Shown: positions 1-12,990 of the stretch, one piece after another
Position numbering within the stretch: the stretch's first letter is position 1
Layout: each line of letters opens with the position of its first letter
Source: Blastocladiella emersonii ATCC 22665
Lineage: Eukaryota; Fungi; Blastocladiomycota
Assembly: GCA_025594325.1 (NCBI GenBank)
Contig: JANHCV010000011.1
Span: 1-64,000 of the forward strand
DNA length: 64,000 bases
Direction of reading: 5' to 3'
The notes under the pieces: model-generated
What the model saw: the letters and a program-made list of their open reading frames with translations, nothing else
Databases searched by the model: none
What the model was told of the DNA's origin: nothing
Translations under genes and position numbers: made by a program

Positions 1-3000
1 CGGGTCGCGGCCGTGGATCACGGCGACCTCCTCGTGGCCGTAATCAACCTTGAACACGCGCGGGAACTCGGGCCACGGGTTGTCGTTGGCGCGCGTCGGC
101 GGGGGCGGCGGGAGCAGTTCAAAGTTGGTGACGGACGCCGCGCCCTGGCGCACGGCCGTGCCGCAGCAGTCGGTGCCCGTGTCGCCGCCGCCGATGATAA
201 TGACGTGCTTGCCCTTGACGTTGACGCCGGGCAGCGAGTTGGCGTCGGCGGCCGTGGACCCCGCGCGCGCGAGCTGCTTGGTCGAGGCTGTCAGGTAGTC
301 GACCGCGAAATGAACGCCGTTGAGCTGGCGGTTCGGGATGGCGAGGTCGCGCGGCCATGTCGCGCCCGTGGCGAGCAGGACCGCGTCGTACTCGGCCGTG
401 AGCGACGCCGCGGGGATATCCTTGCCCACGTCGACGCCGCAGCGGAACTCGACGCCCTCGGCAATCAGCAGGTCGATGCGGCGCTTGACCATGCGCTTGT
501 CGAGCTTCATGTTCGGGATGCCGTACTGGAGGAGGCCGCCGGGAAGGTCCTGGCGCTCGTACACGGTGACGGCGTGGCCGGCGCGGTTGAGCATGTCGGC
601 GGCCGCCAGACCCGCGGGACCCGAGCCCACGATCGCGACGCGCTTGCCCGAGCGCACCGCGGGCGGCGTCGGCACGACCCAGCCCTGCTTGAAGGCGTAG
701 TCGATGATCGACGCCTCGATCGACTTGATGGAGACGGGATCCTCGTTGATCCCGAGCACACACGCGCCCTCGCACGGCGCGGGACACACGGCGCCCGTAA
801 ACTCGGCGAACGGGTTGGTGAGCGTGAGGCGGTCGTAGGCGGCGCGCCAGTCGTCCTTGTGCACGAGCTCGTTCCACGACGGGATCAGGTTGGCGATCGG
901 GCACCCGAACGCCGAGTTGCACGTTGGCACGCCGCAGTCCATGCACCGCGTCGCCTGGACGCGGAGGTCGCGCGTCTTCATGCGGTGCGACACCTCCTCG
1001 TAGTCCTTGACGCGGCGACGCACGCTGCGCTGCGGCTCCTTGACGCGCTTGTACTTGAGGAACCCGCGCGTCTTGTCGAGCTTGGACACGCCGTCGTCGC
1101 CGTTGACCGACGACGCGCCAGCGGCGCGCTTGGCGTTGGGCCCGCCACCCATGACCTCCTCGATGTCGGCGACCGCGGCCGCGTGCGTGAGCGCCTTGGT
1201 CTCGGCGACGAGCGCGGGCGAGATACCCGCGGGCTCGGCGGCGGGCGCGACGAGCGTGGGCAGCTTGCGCTCCGAGACGCGCTGCGCCGCGAGCACGGCC
1301 TTGTAGTCGCGCGGGAACACCTTGGTGAACCGCGGCAGGTACGTGTTCCACGACTCGAGGATCTCGCGGGCGCGTGGCGAGCCCGTGGCGTCGAGGTGCC
1401 GCTGCACGAACCCGCGCAGCTCGGCCGCGTCGTCGAGCGAGAGCGGGTCGAGGTCGACCATCTCGGGGTTGATGGCGCGCTTGGCGTCGAGGTCGAGCAC
1501 GTACGCGATGCCGCCCGACATGCCCGCGGCAAAGTTGCGGCCCGTGGGGCCGAGCACGACGCACCGGCCGCCCGTCATGTACTCGCACCCGTGGTCGCCG
1601 ACGCCCTCGACGACGGCGAGCGCGCCCGAGTTGCGCACGCAGAACCGCTCGGCGGCCATGCCGTTGACGAACAGCGCACCCGAAGTCGCGCCGTACATGC
1701 ACGTGTTGCCGACGATCACGTTGTCGCGCGGGACGAAGGCGGCGTGGCGCGCGCGCGGCGGGTAGATGGCGACGGTGCCGCCTGACAGGCCCTTACCGAC
1801 GTAATCGTTGGCGTCGCCCTCGAGCTCGAGCGTGATGCCGTGTGCGAGCCACACGCCGAACGACTGGCCGGCGCTGCCGAACAGGCGGATGCGGAGCGTG
1901 TTGGCGGGCAGGCCCTGCTCGCCGTACCGGCGCGCGACGTGGTGCGACAGGAGGGCGCCGATCGAGCGGTCCGTGTTGCACACCGAGAGCGTGAGCGTCA
2001 TGGGGATGCCCTGCTCGATGGCGACCTGGGCCTGCGGGAGCAGGACGTGGTCCTTGTGGTGCAGATCGTCGTGAGTCGGCTGCTTCCACTCGGCGGGGTG
2101 CATGGTGACGGGGACGCCCTGGCGCAGCGAGAATGCCGGGAGCAGCAGCGACTGAAGGTCGAGGAGCCGCGCCTTGGGGTTGACCTTGAGCACGTCCGGG
2201 TTGACGCGCAGGAAGTCGGTGCGGCCGACGAGCTCGGCGACGGTGCGGACGCCGAGCGAGGCCATGATGGCGCGCAGCTCCTCGGCGAGGTAGTGGAAGA
2301 AGTTGATGACGTGCTCGGGCTGGCCGGCGAACTTGGCGCGCAGCACCGGGTCCTGCGTCGCGATGCCGACGGGGCACGTGTTCTTGTGGCACGCGCGCAT
2401 CATGACGCAGCCCATGGCGATGAGCGGCGCCGTCGCGAAGCCAAACTCCTCGGCGCCGAGCATGCATGCGATGGCCACGTCGCGGCCCGTGCGCAGCTGG
2501 CCGTCCGTCTGCAGGATGACGCGGCCGCGCAGGTTGTTGAGCACGAGCGTCTGGTGCGCCTCGGCGAGCCCGAGCTCCCACGGGAGGCCGGCCGCTTTGA
2601 TCGACGTCCAGCGCGCGGCGCCGGTGCCGCCGTCGTGGCCCGAGATGAGGATGTGGTGGGCGCCGGCCTTGGCGACGCCCGACGCGATGACGCCGACGCC
2701 AACCTCGGACACGAGCTTGACCGAGACGCGGGCGGCGGGCTGCACGCTCTTCAGGTCGAAGATGAGCTGCTTGAGGTCCTCGATCGAGTAGATGTCGTGG
2801 TGCGGCGGCGGCGAGATGAGGCCGACGCCGGGCGTGGACTTGCGGGTGCGGGCAATGTCGTTGGAGACCTTGTAGCCGGGCAGCTCGCCGCCCTCGCCGG
2901 GCTTGGCGCCCTGCGCCATCTTGATCTGGAGCTCCTCGGCGTCGACGAGGTACGCGACCGTGACGCCGAACCGGCCCGACGCGATCTGCTTGATGGCGGA

Positions 3001-5928
3001 GCGGAGCGTCGGGTCCTTGGAGCGGGCCTCCTCCTCGCCGCCCTCGCCCGTGTTGGACTTGCCGCCGAGCTCGTTCATGGCGCGCGCGAGCGACGTGTGG
3101 GCCTCGAGCGAGATGGACCCGTACGACATGGCGCCGGTGCAGAAGCGGCGCACAATGTCGGTCCACGGCTCGACCTCGTCGATCGAGATGGGCATGATGC
3201 CCGCGGCGGCCGACGGCACAAAGTCGAGGCACCCGCGCAGCGTGCAGCCCTCGACCTGGGCGCGCGTCGCCGCCACGTACTTGTCGTAGGCGCCCTGGTT
3301 GGCGGAGCGGACCGCGTCCTGGAGCGAGGCGATGGCGACGGGGTCGTTGATGTGGGCCTCGGACCCGGTGCGGTGGTGGTAGTCGCCCATCTCGGGCAGC
3401 GGGCGCGACGGCGCGACGACGGCGGTGGCTGGCCACGCGCGCGCGTGGAGGCACAGCATGTCGGTGGCGAGGTGCTCGAAGCCGACGCCCTGGATGCGGG
3501 AGGCGGTGCCCATGAAGCAGCGCGCGACGACCGACTCGTGGAGCCCGAGGGCCTCGAAGATCTGCGCGCCGCGGTACGACTGCAGCGTCGAGATGCCCAT
3601 CTTGGACATGACCTTGAGGATGCCGTCGACGCACGCGTACACGTACTTGCCGACGTCGGCGCCGAGCGCGAGCGCGGCCTCGACGACGAGGTAGGGGACG
3701 ATGGCGTCGGCGCCGTAACCGAGCAGCACGCAGTGGTGGTGCACCTCGCGGGCGTCGCCGGCGTGGACGACGAGGCTGACCTGGCCGCGCTTCTTGGTCT
3801 TGACGAGGTAGTGGTGCAGGGCGCCCGTGGCGAGGGCCGACGGGATGGCGACGGCGTCGGGCCCGATGCCCGCGTCGTCGAGCACGAGCAGCGTCACGTT
3901 CTCGTTGATGGCCTGCATGGCCTCACTGCACAGGCGGTCGAGGGCCTCGGCGAGGCCGGCGGGCCCGCGCGCGACCGGGTACACGAGCGAGAGGGTGCGC
4001 GACGGGATGCGGCGCGAGATGGCGACGAGCTCCCAGGGGAGCAGGATCGGGTGGTCGAGCGCGACGAGGCGGCGGTCGCCCGGGTGCTCGATGGCGAGCA
4101 GGTTGCCGGCGGGGCCGAGGATGGTGCGCGTGGACATGACAATCTTTTCGCGGATCGGGTCGATGGGCGGGTTGGTGACCTGGGCAAACAGCTGGCGCAT
4201 GTACTCAAAGACGAAGCGCGGCTGGCCCGAGAGGCAGGCGAGCGGGGCGTCGTTGCCCATGGATCCGAGGGCCTCCTTGCCCGTCTCGAGCATGGGCATG
4301 AGCAGGACCTTGACCTGCTCCATGGTGTAGCCGAAGGCGACGAGGCGCGGGTCCTCGTGCAGCGGCGGGAGCGGGCCGCGGGCGGCGAGCCAGGCGGCGC
4401 GGTCGGCGTCGGCGGCCGAGGCGGGGAGACCGGGGACGGCGAGCTGGTCGGGCCGCTGGAGGCCGAGTGCGTGGAGGATCTTGCGCCCAGCCGAGCGCTT
4501 GAGCTCCTGGTCGTCGACTACGCGGCCGGCGAGGGTGTCCACGAGCAGCATGCGGCCGGGCATGAGGCGGCCCTTGTGCAGGACGCGGCGCGGGTCGATG
4601 GTGACGGTGCCGACCTCGGAGGCGCACAGCATGGTGTCGTCGTCCATGAGGTAGTAGCGGCACGGGCGCAGGCCGTTGCGGTCGAGCTGGGCGCCGACGA
4701 AGCGGCCGTCGGCGAAGGTGACGAGGGCGGGCCCGTCCCACGGCTCCATGAGGGTGCTGGCCCAGGTGTAGAAGGCGCGGCGGTCGTCGTCGGCGGGGTC
4801 GGCCTCGGGGACCAGCATCATGACGGCCTCGGGCAGGGTGAGGACGCCGTTGACGACGAGCAGCTCGAGCACGTTGTCGAGGGCGGCCGAGTCGGAGCCG
4901 AACTCCTCGATGATCGGGTAGAGGTGGTCCATGTCGCGGCCGAAGGTGGGCGAGGCCATGAGCCCCTCGCGGGCGCGCATCCAGTTCTTGTTGCCGCGCA
5001 GGGTGTTGATCTCGCCGTTGTGGCCGATCATGCGCAGCGGCTGGGCGCGGTCCCAGGACGGGAACGTGTTGGTGGAGAAGCGCGAGTGGACGAGGGCGAA
5101 GTGGGCCGTGTAGCGCACGTCCTTGAGGTCGTAGAAGTACTCGTAGACCTGGTTCGGGTTGAGTAGGCCCTTGTAGACGAGGTGCGACGGGTGCAGCGAG
5201 CAGGCGTAGAACCACTTGCGCAGCGAGATGGCGTGGGCGGCCTGCTTGCGCAGGAAGTAGAGCTGGGTGGCGAAGCGCTGCTCGTCGAAGGCAGCCGAGT
5301 CGGCAGTGGACGCGGCGAGCGTGACGAAGGGCTGCTCGATGGCGGGCTCCTTGGCGAGCGAGAAGGGCCCGAGGATGGACGAGTTGCGCGGGACGCGGCG
5401 CCAGCACAGGACGCGCAGGCCGAGCGAGAGGGCGAGCTCCTCGAAGGCGCGCTTGGACTCGGAGTAGACGGGCTCGGCGGGGTTGAGGTACACGTTGCCG
5501 ACGGCGTAGTGGCTGAGGGGCGGCAGGGCGATGCCGTGTTGGCTGAGGACCATGGCGGCGAAGAAGTCGTGCGGGATCGAGGTCATGACGCCTGTTGTTG
5601 GGGCATCGAGCGTTAGCGGCTCGTCCCGTCTCGAGAGAAGCAGAGAGAGCGTACCGGCGCCGTCGCCGTCGCGCACATCGGCTCCCGACGCGCCGCGGTG
5701 GGTCATGTTGCAGAGGAGGTACTTGCTGGAGGGTGCGAGCGAGATGTCGGGTCAGCACTTGTCCGTGCGGGCATGGCGGACAGCGAGAGATACGCACGCA
5801 TCGGACACGATCTTGTGCGAGGCGGCGCCCTTGACGCTGACGAGGAATCCGACGCCGCACGCGTCCTTTTCGCCGTCGGGGCCCATGTACAGGCCCTGCG
5901 CGGGCGGGATGGCGTCGGCCCACGACAT
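1..5928 (-). CDS. GLT1: NADH-dependent glutamate synthase (GOGAT), 3' end runs off the window; introns 5797-5726 and 5654-5592
   Basis: Spliced N-terminus MSWADAIPPAQGLY..EKDACGVGF..HKIVSDAKYLLCNMTHRGA..DGDGAGVMTSIPHDFF. Downstream GATase (GHNGEINTLRGN), FMN barrel (EIKMAQGAKPGEGGELPG), GXGXG (NDYVGKGLSGG) and GltD-like (GSGPAGLAAA) motifs read in frame. Both introns GT..AG with GCTGAC/GCTAAC branch points. Confidence 0.97.
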
Positions 5929-6695
5929 GGTTGCGGTCGGAGGTGGTGGGTGCTGGTGGTGGTGGGTGCTGGAGCCGTCAACGGCTGGAGGTCGCGCTCG
6001 CGGAGAGGGTGGTCGGTGCGAGCGGGCGAGCGAGGGAGGTGTCGGCCGGCCGAGCAGCAAGACAGAACGAGTGGGGTAGTGGATGAGGCACACGAGCAGC
6101 GCGTGTGCAGACTAGATACAGAGCAGAGGGGGCGGGGGAGCGAGCAAGAGCGGGGGCAGGAGGGCGAGGGCGGCGGGCGGCTTTATGGATGCGAGCGGGC
6201 GAGTCGGGTCCGGGTCCACGGCAGCCGATGGTCGCGGGCGAAGAGCGGGAGCGAGAGCGAGGCCGAGAGCCGAGCGATGGATGAGGGCAGGCTGTGTCCC
6301 GGCAATCTCCGACTAGGTCCAAGGAGGGGGCGAGCGCACAGAACGCGACGCAGTCATTTGGATCGCGTGCCGCGCCGCGCCGCGCCGCGGGCATGTGAGC
6401 CGCCGCGCCCTCCGAGTTATCTGCGATAGCTCTCCCGGTCGCCAATCTCGGCAGGCGGGAGACGCGCGGGGCGAGATAGCCGGCCGCACTTTCACGCCGG
6501 CGCTGAAAATTCGCGCGACGCGTCGGCCCCGCGTGACGCGTGCAGGTGGCTGACGCGCGTGGCGCCGCGCGTCGCGTGAACCGCGGAATCGCCTCCGCCC
6601 ATCTCGCGACCGACGTCACCGCTCGCGGACAGCCCGGATCCGTATCGCTGTGGAAGAAATCTGTATTGCTATAAATCGCTAAATGGAACACTGGT

Positions 6696-9600
6696 TCACT
6701 CGCTGTCCTCGTCCTCGCTCATGGCCTCGTCCGAGTCGGAGCCCGAGTCGCTGTCGTCGCCGCCGATCAGGACCTCGGCCGGGCGCTGGATCACGACGCG
6801 GTCGACGAGCCCCTCGCCCATGCGCGCCACGTCGCTGGTCACCGCCTCGACGTTGGGCACCATGCGCACCGCGTCGCCGCCCGCCGCCGCCGCGTCGTCG
6901 TCAGAGTCCGAGTCGTCGGCCGCCGCACGCGAGCGCCGCGCCACCAGGAACTTGGCGTTGCTGACCTCGCCGCCCACGAGCGCCGCGTGGTCCCACCGCC
7001 GCGGCACCAGGCGACGCGGGTCGACCACCACGCCAACCACGCCGCCGTCCACGTCGTTGTGGAACGTGCGCACCAGCGACCCGTACGTGCGCGCCACGTC
7101 CGCCAGCCACTGCTCGACCGGGTTGAACCCCGGGTGCTCGGCCGCCAGCCGCGCGCAACCCGACACCACGTACGCGCCCACGATCTCGGACCGCAGGTGC
7201 ACCGTCACGTCGAACGCCGTCAGGTCCGCCGCCGCCGGCGTGTACACGGCAGCGAGCGCCTTGGCCTTGACCGGCGTGAGGTTGGCGCCAGCGGGGGAGA
7301 GCACCGCGAGAGCCGCCTTGGCCACGGCGCGCAGCCGCTTCATCGCCAGCAGCTCCACCGTGTACCGCTTGTGGTGCGAGGAGACCACCACCGTGCCCTC
7401 GGCGGGGGGCGCCACGAGTGCGCCCGTCGGGGGCCGCTTGGACGCCGCCTCGCGCTGCGCCTTGGCCGCAGCCTCCGCAGGCGTCTGCGCCGTCGCGCTC
7501 TCGTCCTCGTCGTCAGCGAGACTGCCGCCGTTGAGCGCCATGGCCGACTTGGACCGCGACGGCGTCGCCACCCGCGTCACCACCCCGAGCGCCTCGGCCG
7601 TCCACGGGTGCCGCACCACCAGCGCGAGCGTGCGCACCACCCCCGCCAGTGCGTCCACAGGCGCCGCAACGTGCTCCGACGCCGGGCTCGTGAACACGTG
7701 CGCCACTAGCAGCTCCGCAACGTGGTCGTGGATCTGGTACCCGAGCATGTGCCGCGCCACCAGGTACTTGAACCCGCGCACCGTCGCCGCGAACCCCGGG
7801 TACACGAGCGTCAGGTTGCTCATGTCGCCCGCGTGCCGCAGCTCGTCGCGCAGCGCCACGCTCGACTTGGGCTTGACCACCATCTTGAACGCGTACCCCG
7901 AGAAATCCACGTCCAGCGACAGCGGCGACGTCACCACCGTCGCCTTGAGCCCGTGCTTGGTCTCGAGCTGCGTCGCGTACTGCGCCAGGAACAGCAGCGT
8001 CATGTGGTACAGCGCCTCGGGCTCCGTCGGCCACTTGCCGCTCGCCTCGAGCTCGACCGCGAACGTGGCACGGTGACGGTGCGCCGCCACCGCCGTGCGC
8101 GTCAGCTCGGGCGACAGCGGGAGCACCGCCGCCACGGGCAGCGGCATCTCGTCGAGACCCGTGATCAGCGCCGCGAGCTCGCGGAACGCCTCGTCCACAG
8201 ACACGGTCGTCGCCGTGCCCGCCGCCGACGCGCGCTCAACGCCGCGCAGCAGCTTGTGCAGCGGGTGCTGGCCGTGGTGCGCCACACCGGACGTTACGCC
8301 CATGTGCCGCGCGACGACGTGGTCAATAGCCGCCGCCACGATCTTGGTCGGCGCCGTCTTGGCACCCCACGCCACCGACTCGAGGATCGAGCCGTCGGGG
8401 AACCGGCGCAGCTCGGCCTTGGCGCCCCACAGCCGGCGGAACGCGAGCGCCGCCGCCTCGTCCTGCGGGCTGGGCCCAATGTCGACGGCGCGCGCGTACT
8501 CGGTCGGGTGGAACACGAGCCCGAACGTGAGCGCGTCGCCGGGGGTGGCGGTCGCCGACCCGGGTGCCTCGGCATCAACTGACCACGTGGCCGTCGGGAA
8601 CGCGGACGGGTCGCCGACGTGCGCAATCAGCTTGACGCGCGTCGTCAGGGCGCGCGCGAGGAGACGCGGCACCGCAAGCGACAAAAAGTGCGCCAGCGAC
8701 GGGTCATCGAGGCGCACGCGCGGGTTGTAGAAGGCGGGCGCCGTCGCCGGGAGCGGGATGCGGACCAGGTGGTCGAAGGTCGACTGGGGCGCGATCTTGG
8801 GCGTGAGGAACAGCGCGCCGGCCTCGCCCGCGGTCGCGAGCGTCGCAGCCTTGGTCGCCTCGAGCTGGAGCCGCGTCGCATCCGAGCGACCGGCCCACGT
8901 CGTGAGGTTGACGCCGTCCTGGTCGACCATGGCCACCTCGGACACGGAGAAGGCGTCGGGATCGGCGTGGTCGCCGAGCATCATGAGCGGCGCGGCAAAG
9001 TCGTGGTTGGCGAGGTAGAACATGACGAGGCGGAACACCTGGATCGCCTTGAGGTCGCGACCGACCTGGTTCTTGAGCGCGAGCGCCGCCGCAAGGTACG
9101 ACAGCGGGAACGCCCACGCGTTGAGCGCGCGCTGCTCACACCACACCTTGATGAGCTTGAGCGCCTCGGGCAGCGAGCCGACGACGCCTGCGGCCTTGTG
9201 CAGCGTGTGCAGGTGGCTGAGCTGGTGCATGTCCGACAGGAGCGCGGCGTTATACGCGGGCGTCGCCGGGAGCGGGTCCATGGCGGGCGCGTCGGCCGCG
9301 GGGCGCACGTTGTTGCGGCCGGGCGCGAGCTTGTCGGCGTTGAACACGGTCGCCGCCACGGTCGGGCGCACGTGTACGACGGCGGGACCGCCGAGCTTCT
9401 TGGCGAGCGGCACGGTCACGGCGAGCATCGGGCGGCGCGTGTCGTTACGGTCGTAGGCAAACTCGACGCGCAGGCCGGCGGCCTTGAGGATGGACGCGGC
9501 GTGGGCGAGATAGAAGGCCCGCTTGTGGAAGTAGCGGTAGTTGAGGTGGTCCTTGGGCTGGAACAGGTCCGAGGGCATCTGGACCGCCACGTCCACGTTG

Positions 9601-10213
9601 AACCCGCCGCGGCGCTTCACGAGGGCGCCCTTGTTGGTCCCGCCGATCAGGAAGCTGCCGACCACGTCGACGCGCTCGGGCGCGGCGTAGCCAAACTTGT
9701 ACTGGATGGCCTCGCGGCCGAGGTCAATGGCCCACGGCCACGCGACGCCGCGCTTAGCGAGGTGCTTGAGCGCGGCGTCGTGCGCCAGGGAGCCCGTCGC
9801 GGGAGCGCCCTCGAGCGCCGACTTGATGGCCATGAGCGTCTCGCGGACGCGCGCGGGGACCTTGACCGACACCTCCTCGAGGAGCGACTCGGTCTGCAGG
9901 TCCATGGCCGTGTCGAGCTGCATCAGATCTAAACCCACGCCACGCTTCTTGTCAGCGAGCTTGACCCGCAAAGGTGTTCCGCTCGGGGAGCCAGCGTACC
10001 GTGTGCGTTGATGTTGAGGTCACGGATCGCGTCCGACGAGCCGGCGGCTGCGTTCTCGCCGAGGACACCGTCCATGGGGTCGTCGTCGACCTCGGGGCCC
10101 TCGGCCTCACTGCCGGACTCGATGGCGGCATCCTCCATCTCCACGTCCGAGGCGTCGCTCGCGCTGCTGCCCTCGTCGTCGTCGTACTGGTCCACGTAGT
10201 CGCCAGGCTGCAT
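6696..10213 (-). CDS. UTP22: U3 snoRNP/Nrap protein (UTP22/NOL6); intron 9999-9929
   Basis: 1091-aa ORF with Nrap motifs (VVGSF, DVAVQMPSDLFQPKDHLNYRYFHKRAFYLA, GPSP..FRRLWGAKAELRRFPDGSILESVAW, SGKWP). Acidic exon 1 joins in frame through a GTACGC..TAG intron. Confidence 0.92.
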
Positions 10214-10542
10214 GGTGTTTTGTGTGTAGTGTCTAGCAGTTCCTGTCCAGCATAACGGCTCAGACGGGTCGGAGGCGCGGCGGAGAGCGGACCGGATCAT
10301 GTTGATTCGACGTCACGTGGGTCCAACGCGTGCCGTCGCGAGGCGCCCCACCGCGTCGATCTTTGCGTGCAGAACCAACTTCAGCTCTGATGCGTTAGTG
10401 ATGCACGTCGGCCAAGAAATCTATCACGTCGATTAGGGTGACTCGAGACGGCGCGATGAGCTCGCTCGCGGCAAGGGTCCTGGTCGACTTTCCGTGGCCG
10501 CACCGCTCCTCTCCCCCACCCTTACGATCAGCCCGCACTACC

Positions 10543-11318
10543 ATGGATCTTAACTTCGACAACCACATGCAAACTGCTTCACCGATCACGTGGCGCCCGT
10601 CCTGGCGCCCACCACGGCGTGCTGCGTCGGCCACGCCGGCCATGATCCGCAACCGCCGCCTGGCGTACTTGCGGCGCACGCTGCGCGGGACCGACTACTT
10701 TTCGCGGGAGGCTGTCCAGCTGCGCAACCCACTGCTGTACCGGTCCTTCTTTCCGGATGCCGAGGTCCCACAGACCTCGAGCAACCGCTCTGACTACAGT
10801 TCCAATGGTGTGGTGGCGAGCTTGTTTGACTGCATGGACCACGAGGCGGGCCAGCGTGCGCTCGAGGAAGCCATTACGGCCGAGGAGGAGTGTGATAGTG
10901 AGAGTGACGAGGAGGAGGCTGACGAGGAAGTGGAGCAGATGGACACGGACGGCAACGCTCCACCAAACGGCCACGTCGAGCAGGACGAGGATCGCGGAGC
11001 GTGGTTCGGGCGGCCCGAAGTCTTTGATCCGCACGTCCCCGAGAAGGAGCGAATGCGAGAGCTGCAGCGGCTCATGGAGGAGCGGTGGCTCGATGGACTG
11101 GTGCGTTTTTTGCAGCTTCCATGGGACATGAGCGAGACTGACGCCGGTCATACCTTCAGGACGCCGACTTTGACTACGCCTCGGTCGACCAGGACCCCGC
11201 CAACAACGACGAGAACCAGGTCCTCCGCGACGCCGAGGACGCGTGGTTTTCCGCCGAATCAGACGAAGCGGGAGCCGACGAGCAGCCATGTACAGACACG
11301 GGGATTCTGGACTACTGA
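10543..11318 (+). CDS. CCDC97-like (DUF2052) protein; intron 11101-11159
   Basis: RNRRLAYL..DYFSREAVQLRNPLLY, ELQRLMEERWLDGL|DADFDYASVDQD..DAEDAWF resembles the CCDC97 C-terminus. GTGCGT..CAG intron restores the frame. Start codon uncertain (10543 or 10456). Confidence 0.8.
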
Positions 11319-11347
11319 TTTATCTGTATCACACATCACCACCTCGT

Positions 11348-12138
11348 TTACCCAAGGTAGCGCTCCGACGGCTTTGTCTCTACGGTGGTGGCTGCCGCCG
11401 TCGCTTCTGCGCGGATGAACGAGACGAACGGGACATGGGTCTCGATGGCCGAGAAGAGAGCCTCGGGCAGGCCCACGGTCGCGCCGACGAGCAAAGTGCG
11501 GGGGCCGAGCATGGCGAGCATCGATAGGATGCGGTGGACCGCGTCCGGCTGGTACACGCCAGGTGCGCTACGGGTTGCTCCGAAGTCAGAGTCTCGCAGG
11601 GTCGCTCAGTGAAGTCGTGTGTACCTATCGCGCATGGCATAGATCGCAATGTCGTGAATGGCAACGGCCGCGAGGTCGTCCATGGGCTCCGACGCGATGA
11701 GAGCGGCGAGGTGCTCGAGCGACGGTACGTAGCTGCGCTCCTTGGGATCGTAAGTTAGGCGGCTCGGCCGAGGCAGCAGCGCAACTCGTACCGGATCTCA
11801 ATCTGGCTCAGGGTCGGGTCGTCGGCGAGCTCAACTTCGGGCCACAGCTGCACGGCGCAGTTGACGATGGATCGCTCGCGGCAGATGAGCATCGCGCGGC
11901 GGTCCGGCGCGACGCGGGCGAGGCAGGCGTCGAGCATCTCGCGACAACGTGTGCCCGACCTAGGAGAACGACTCGGGCGACGTCACTGAAGGTCCTCACG
12001 ACAGTGTACGGACGCAGTGGGTACGGACCCTGCATCAGTTGTCAGGACGAGGTGCGACCCGGGGTACGCTTGCAGCGACGCATCGAGTCCACGCGGCGAC
12101 ACGGGCGGCGCGCTGGATCCTCTCAGAGGATCGGTCAT
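11348..12138 (-). CDS. Four-exon ~201-aa protein, possible divergent RAD51-paralog/SWSAP1-like; introns 12028-11960, 11791-11733, 11624-11568
   Basis: Three canonical short introns (GTCCGT/GTACGA/GTACAC..AG, branch-like CCTAAC and TCTGAC) give one 606-nt stop-free frame: ..HLVLTTDAGSGTRCREML..IEIRYVPSLEHLAALIA..VAIHDIAIY. Gene model is well supported; family call is inference. Confidence 0.65.
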
Positions 12139-12203
12139 GCTGCGTTGCATCAAGTCGGAGGAAGAAAGGTGATGTACATTGGATGCAGCAGAGACCCGCG
12201 ACC

Positions 12204-12776
12204 TCACCGTGCACTCTGAGCGTCGCGGAGGAGCGCAGCGAGCTCGTCTGCCGCGGCACGCACGGCATAGTCGAGCGGCGTGAGCCCATCCTCGTCGCAC
12301 ACATCCAAGCGGATCCCGCGGGTAGCAAGCAGCACGCGGACCGTCGGCGCGCTCCTGGCGAGCACAGCGCGGTGCAGCGGCGTCGTCCGGCTCCCGCCCG
12401 CGGTGACCGCGTTCACATCGGCGCCCGCATCGAGCAGGGTACGCACGATGCCAACGTGGCCCTGGCGTGCGGCGTAGTGCTACATGCAGCAGTCGCGTCA
12501 GGTCCTCCTTCAACTTGGCCCGCGGCGACCCAGAGCACGCACCAGCGGCTGGTTCCCGTAGGCGTCGGCACGGTGGACGGCGAGCAGGTCGCGCAGCAGC
12601 GCCTTGGCGACCCGGTCGGCGTCGCCGGCGGCACACGCGCCGTGCAGCGACCGCGCAAACTCGACCTCGTCGAGCGACTCGCCCGTTGCCTGGGCCGCGC
12701 CGCCTAGCGTGCACGAGCAGGCGGCACCCGGTGCGTGCTGATGCGGGTGCTGATGTGATGCATGTGAGGTCATCAT
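12204..12776 (-). CDS. Ankyrin-repeat protein, ANKRD39-like; intron 12542-12480
   Basis: ESLDEVEFARSLHGAC..DAYGNQPL|HYAARQGH..GADVNA..TPLHRA..DEDGLTPLDYA. The N-terminal 'sLdEmdFeR' signature matches my recollection of ANKRD39. Confidence 0.82.
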
Positions 12777-12990
12777 GGTCGCTGACGTTGAGGGAAGCGA
12801 TCCGGCGGAGCGCTCGCGTCGACGTGGCCGCCCTCTGTCGTCCCCGCCGTTCCCGCCGGCCCTCCCTTCCCTCCTCCCTCCCTCTCGCAACGCGATCCGT
12901 CATAAACCACGCCCGCCCCGCACCGCGAGCCGCCCTACCACGTAGCACATGCATCTGAGCTGATCCAGCGCGCCAACCACCATCACCACC

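Noticed and set aside
13-5166. Long plus-strand ORFs (590 and 1108 aa) and similar shadow ORFs opposite ABHD, WOPR, RRP3, NCS6, pol and copia
   Set aside because: Antisense or off-frame shadows of strongly GC3-biased genes; Arg/Gly/Val-rich with no motifs.
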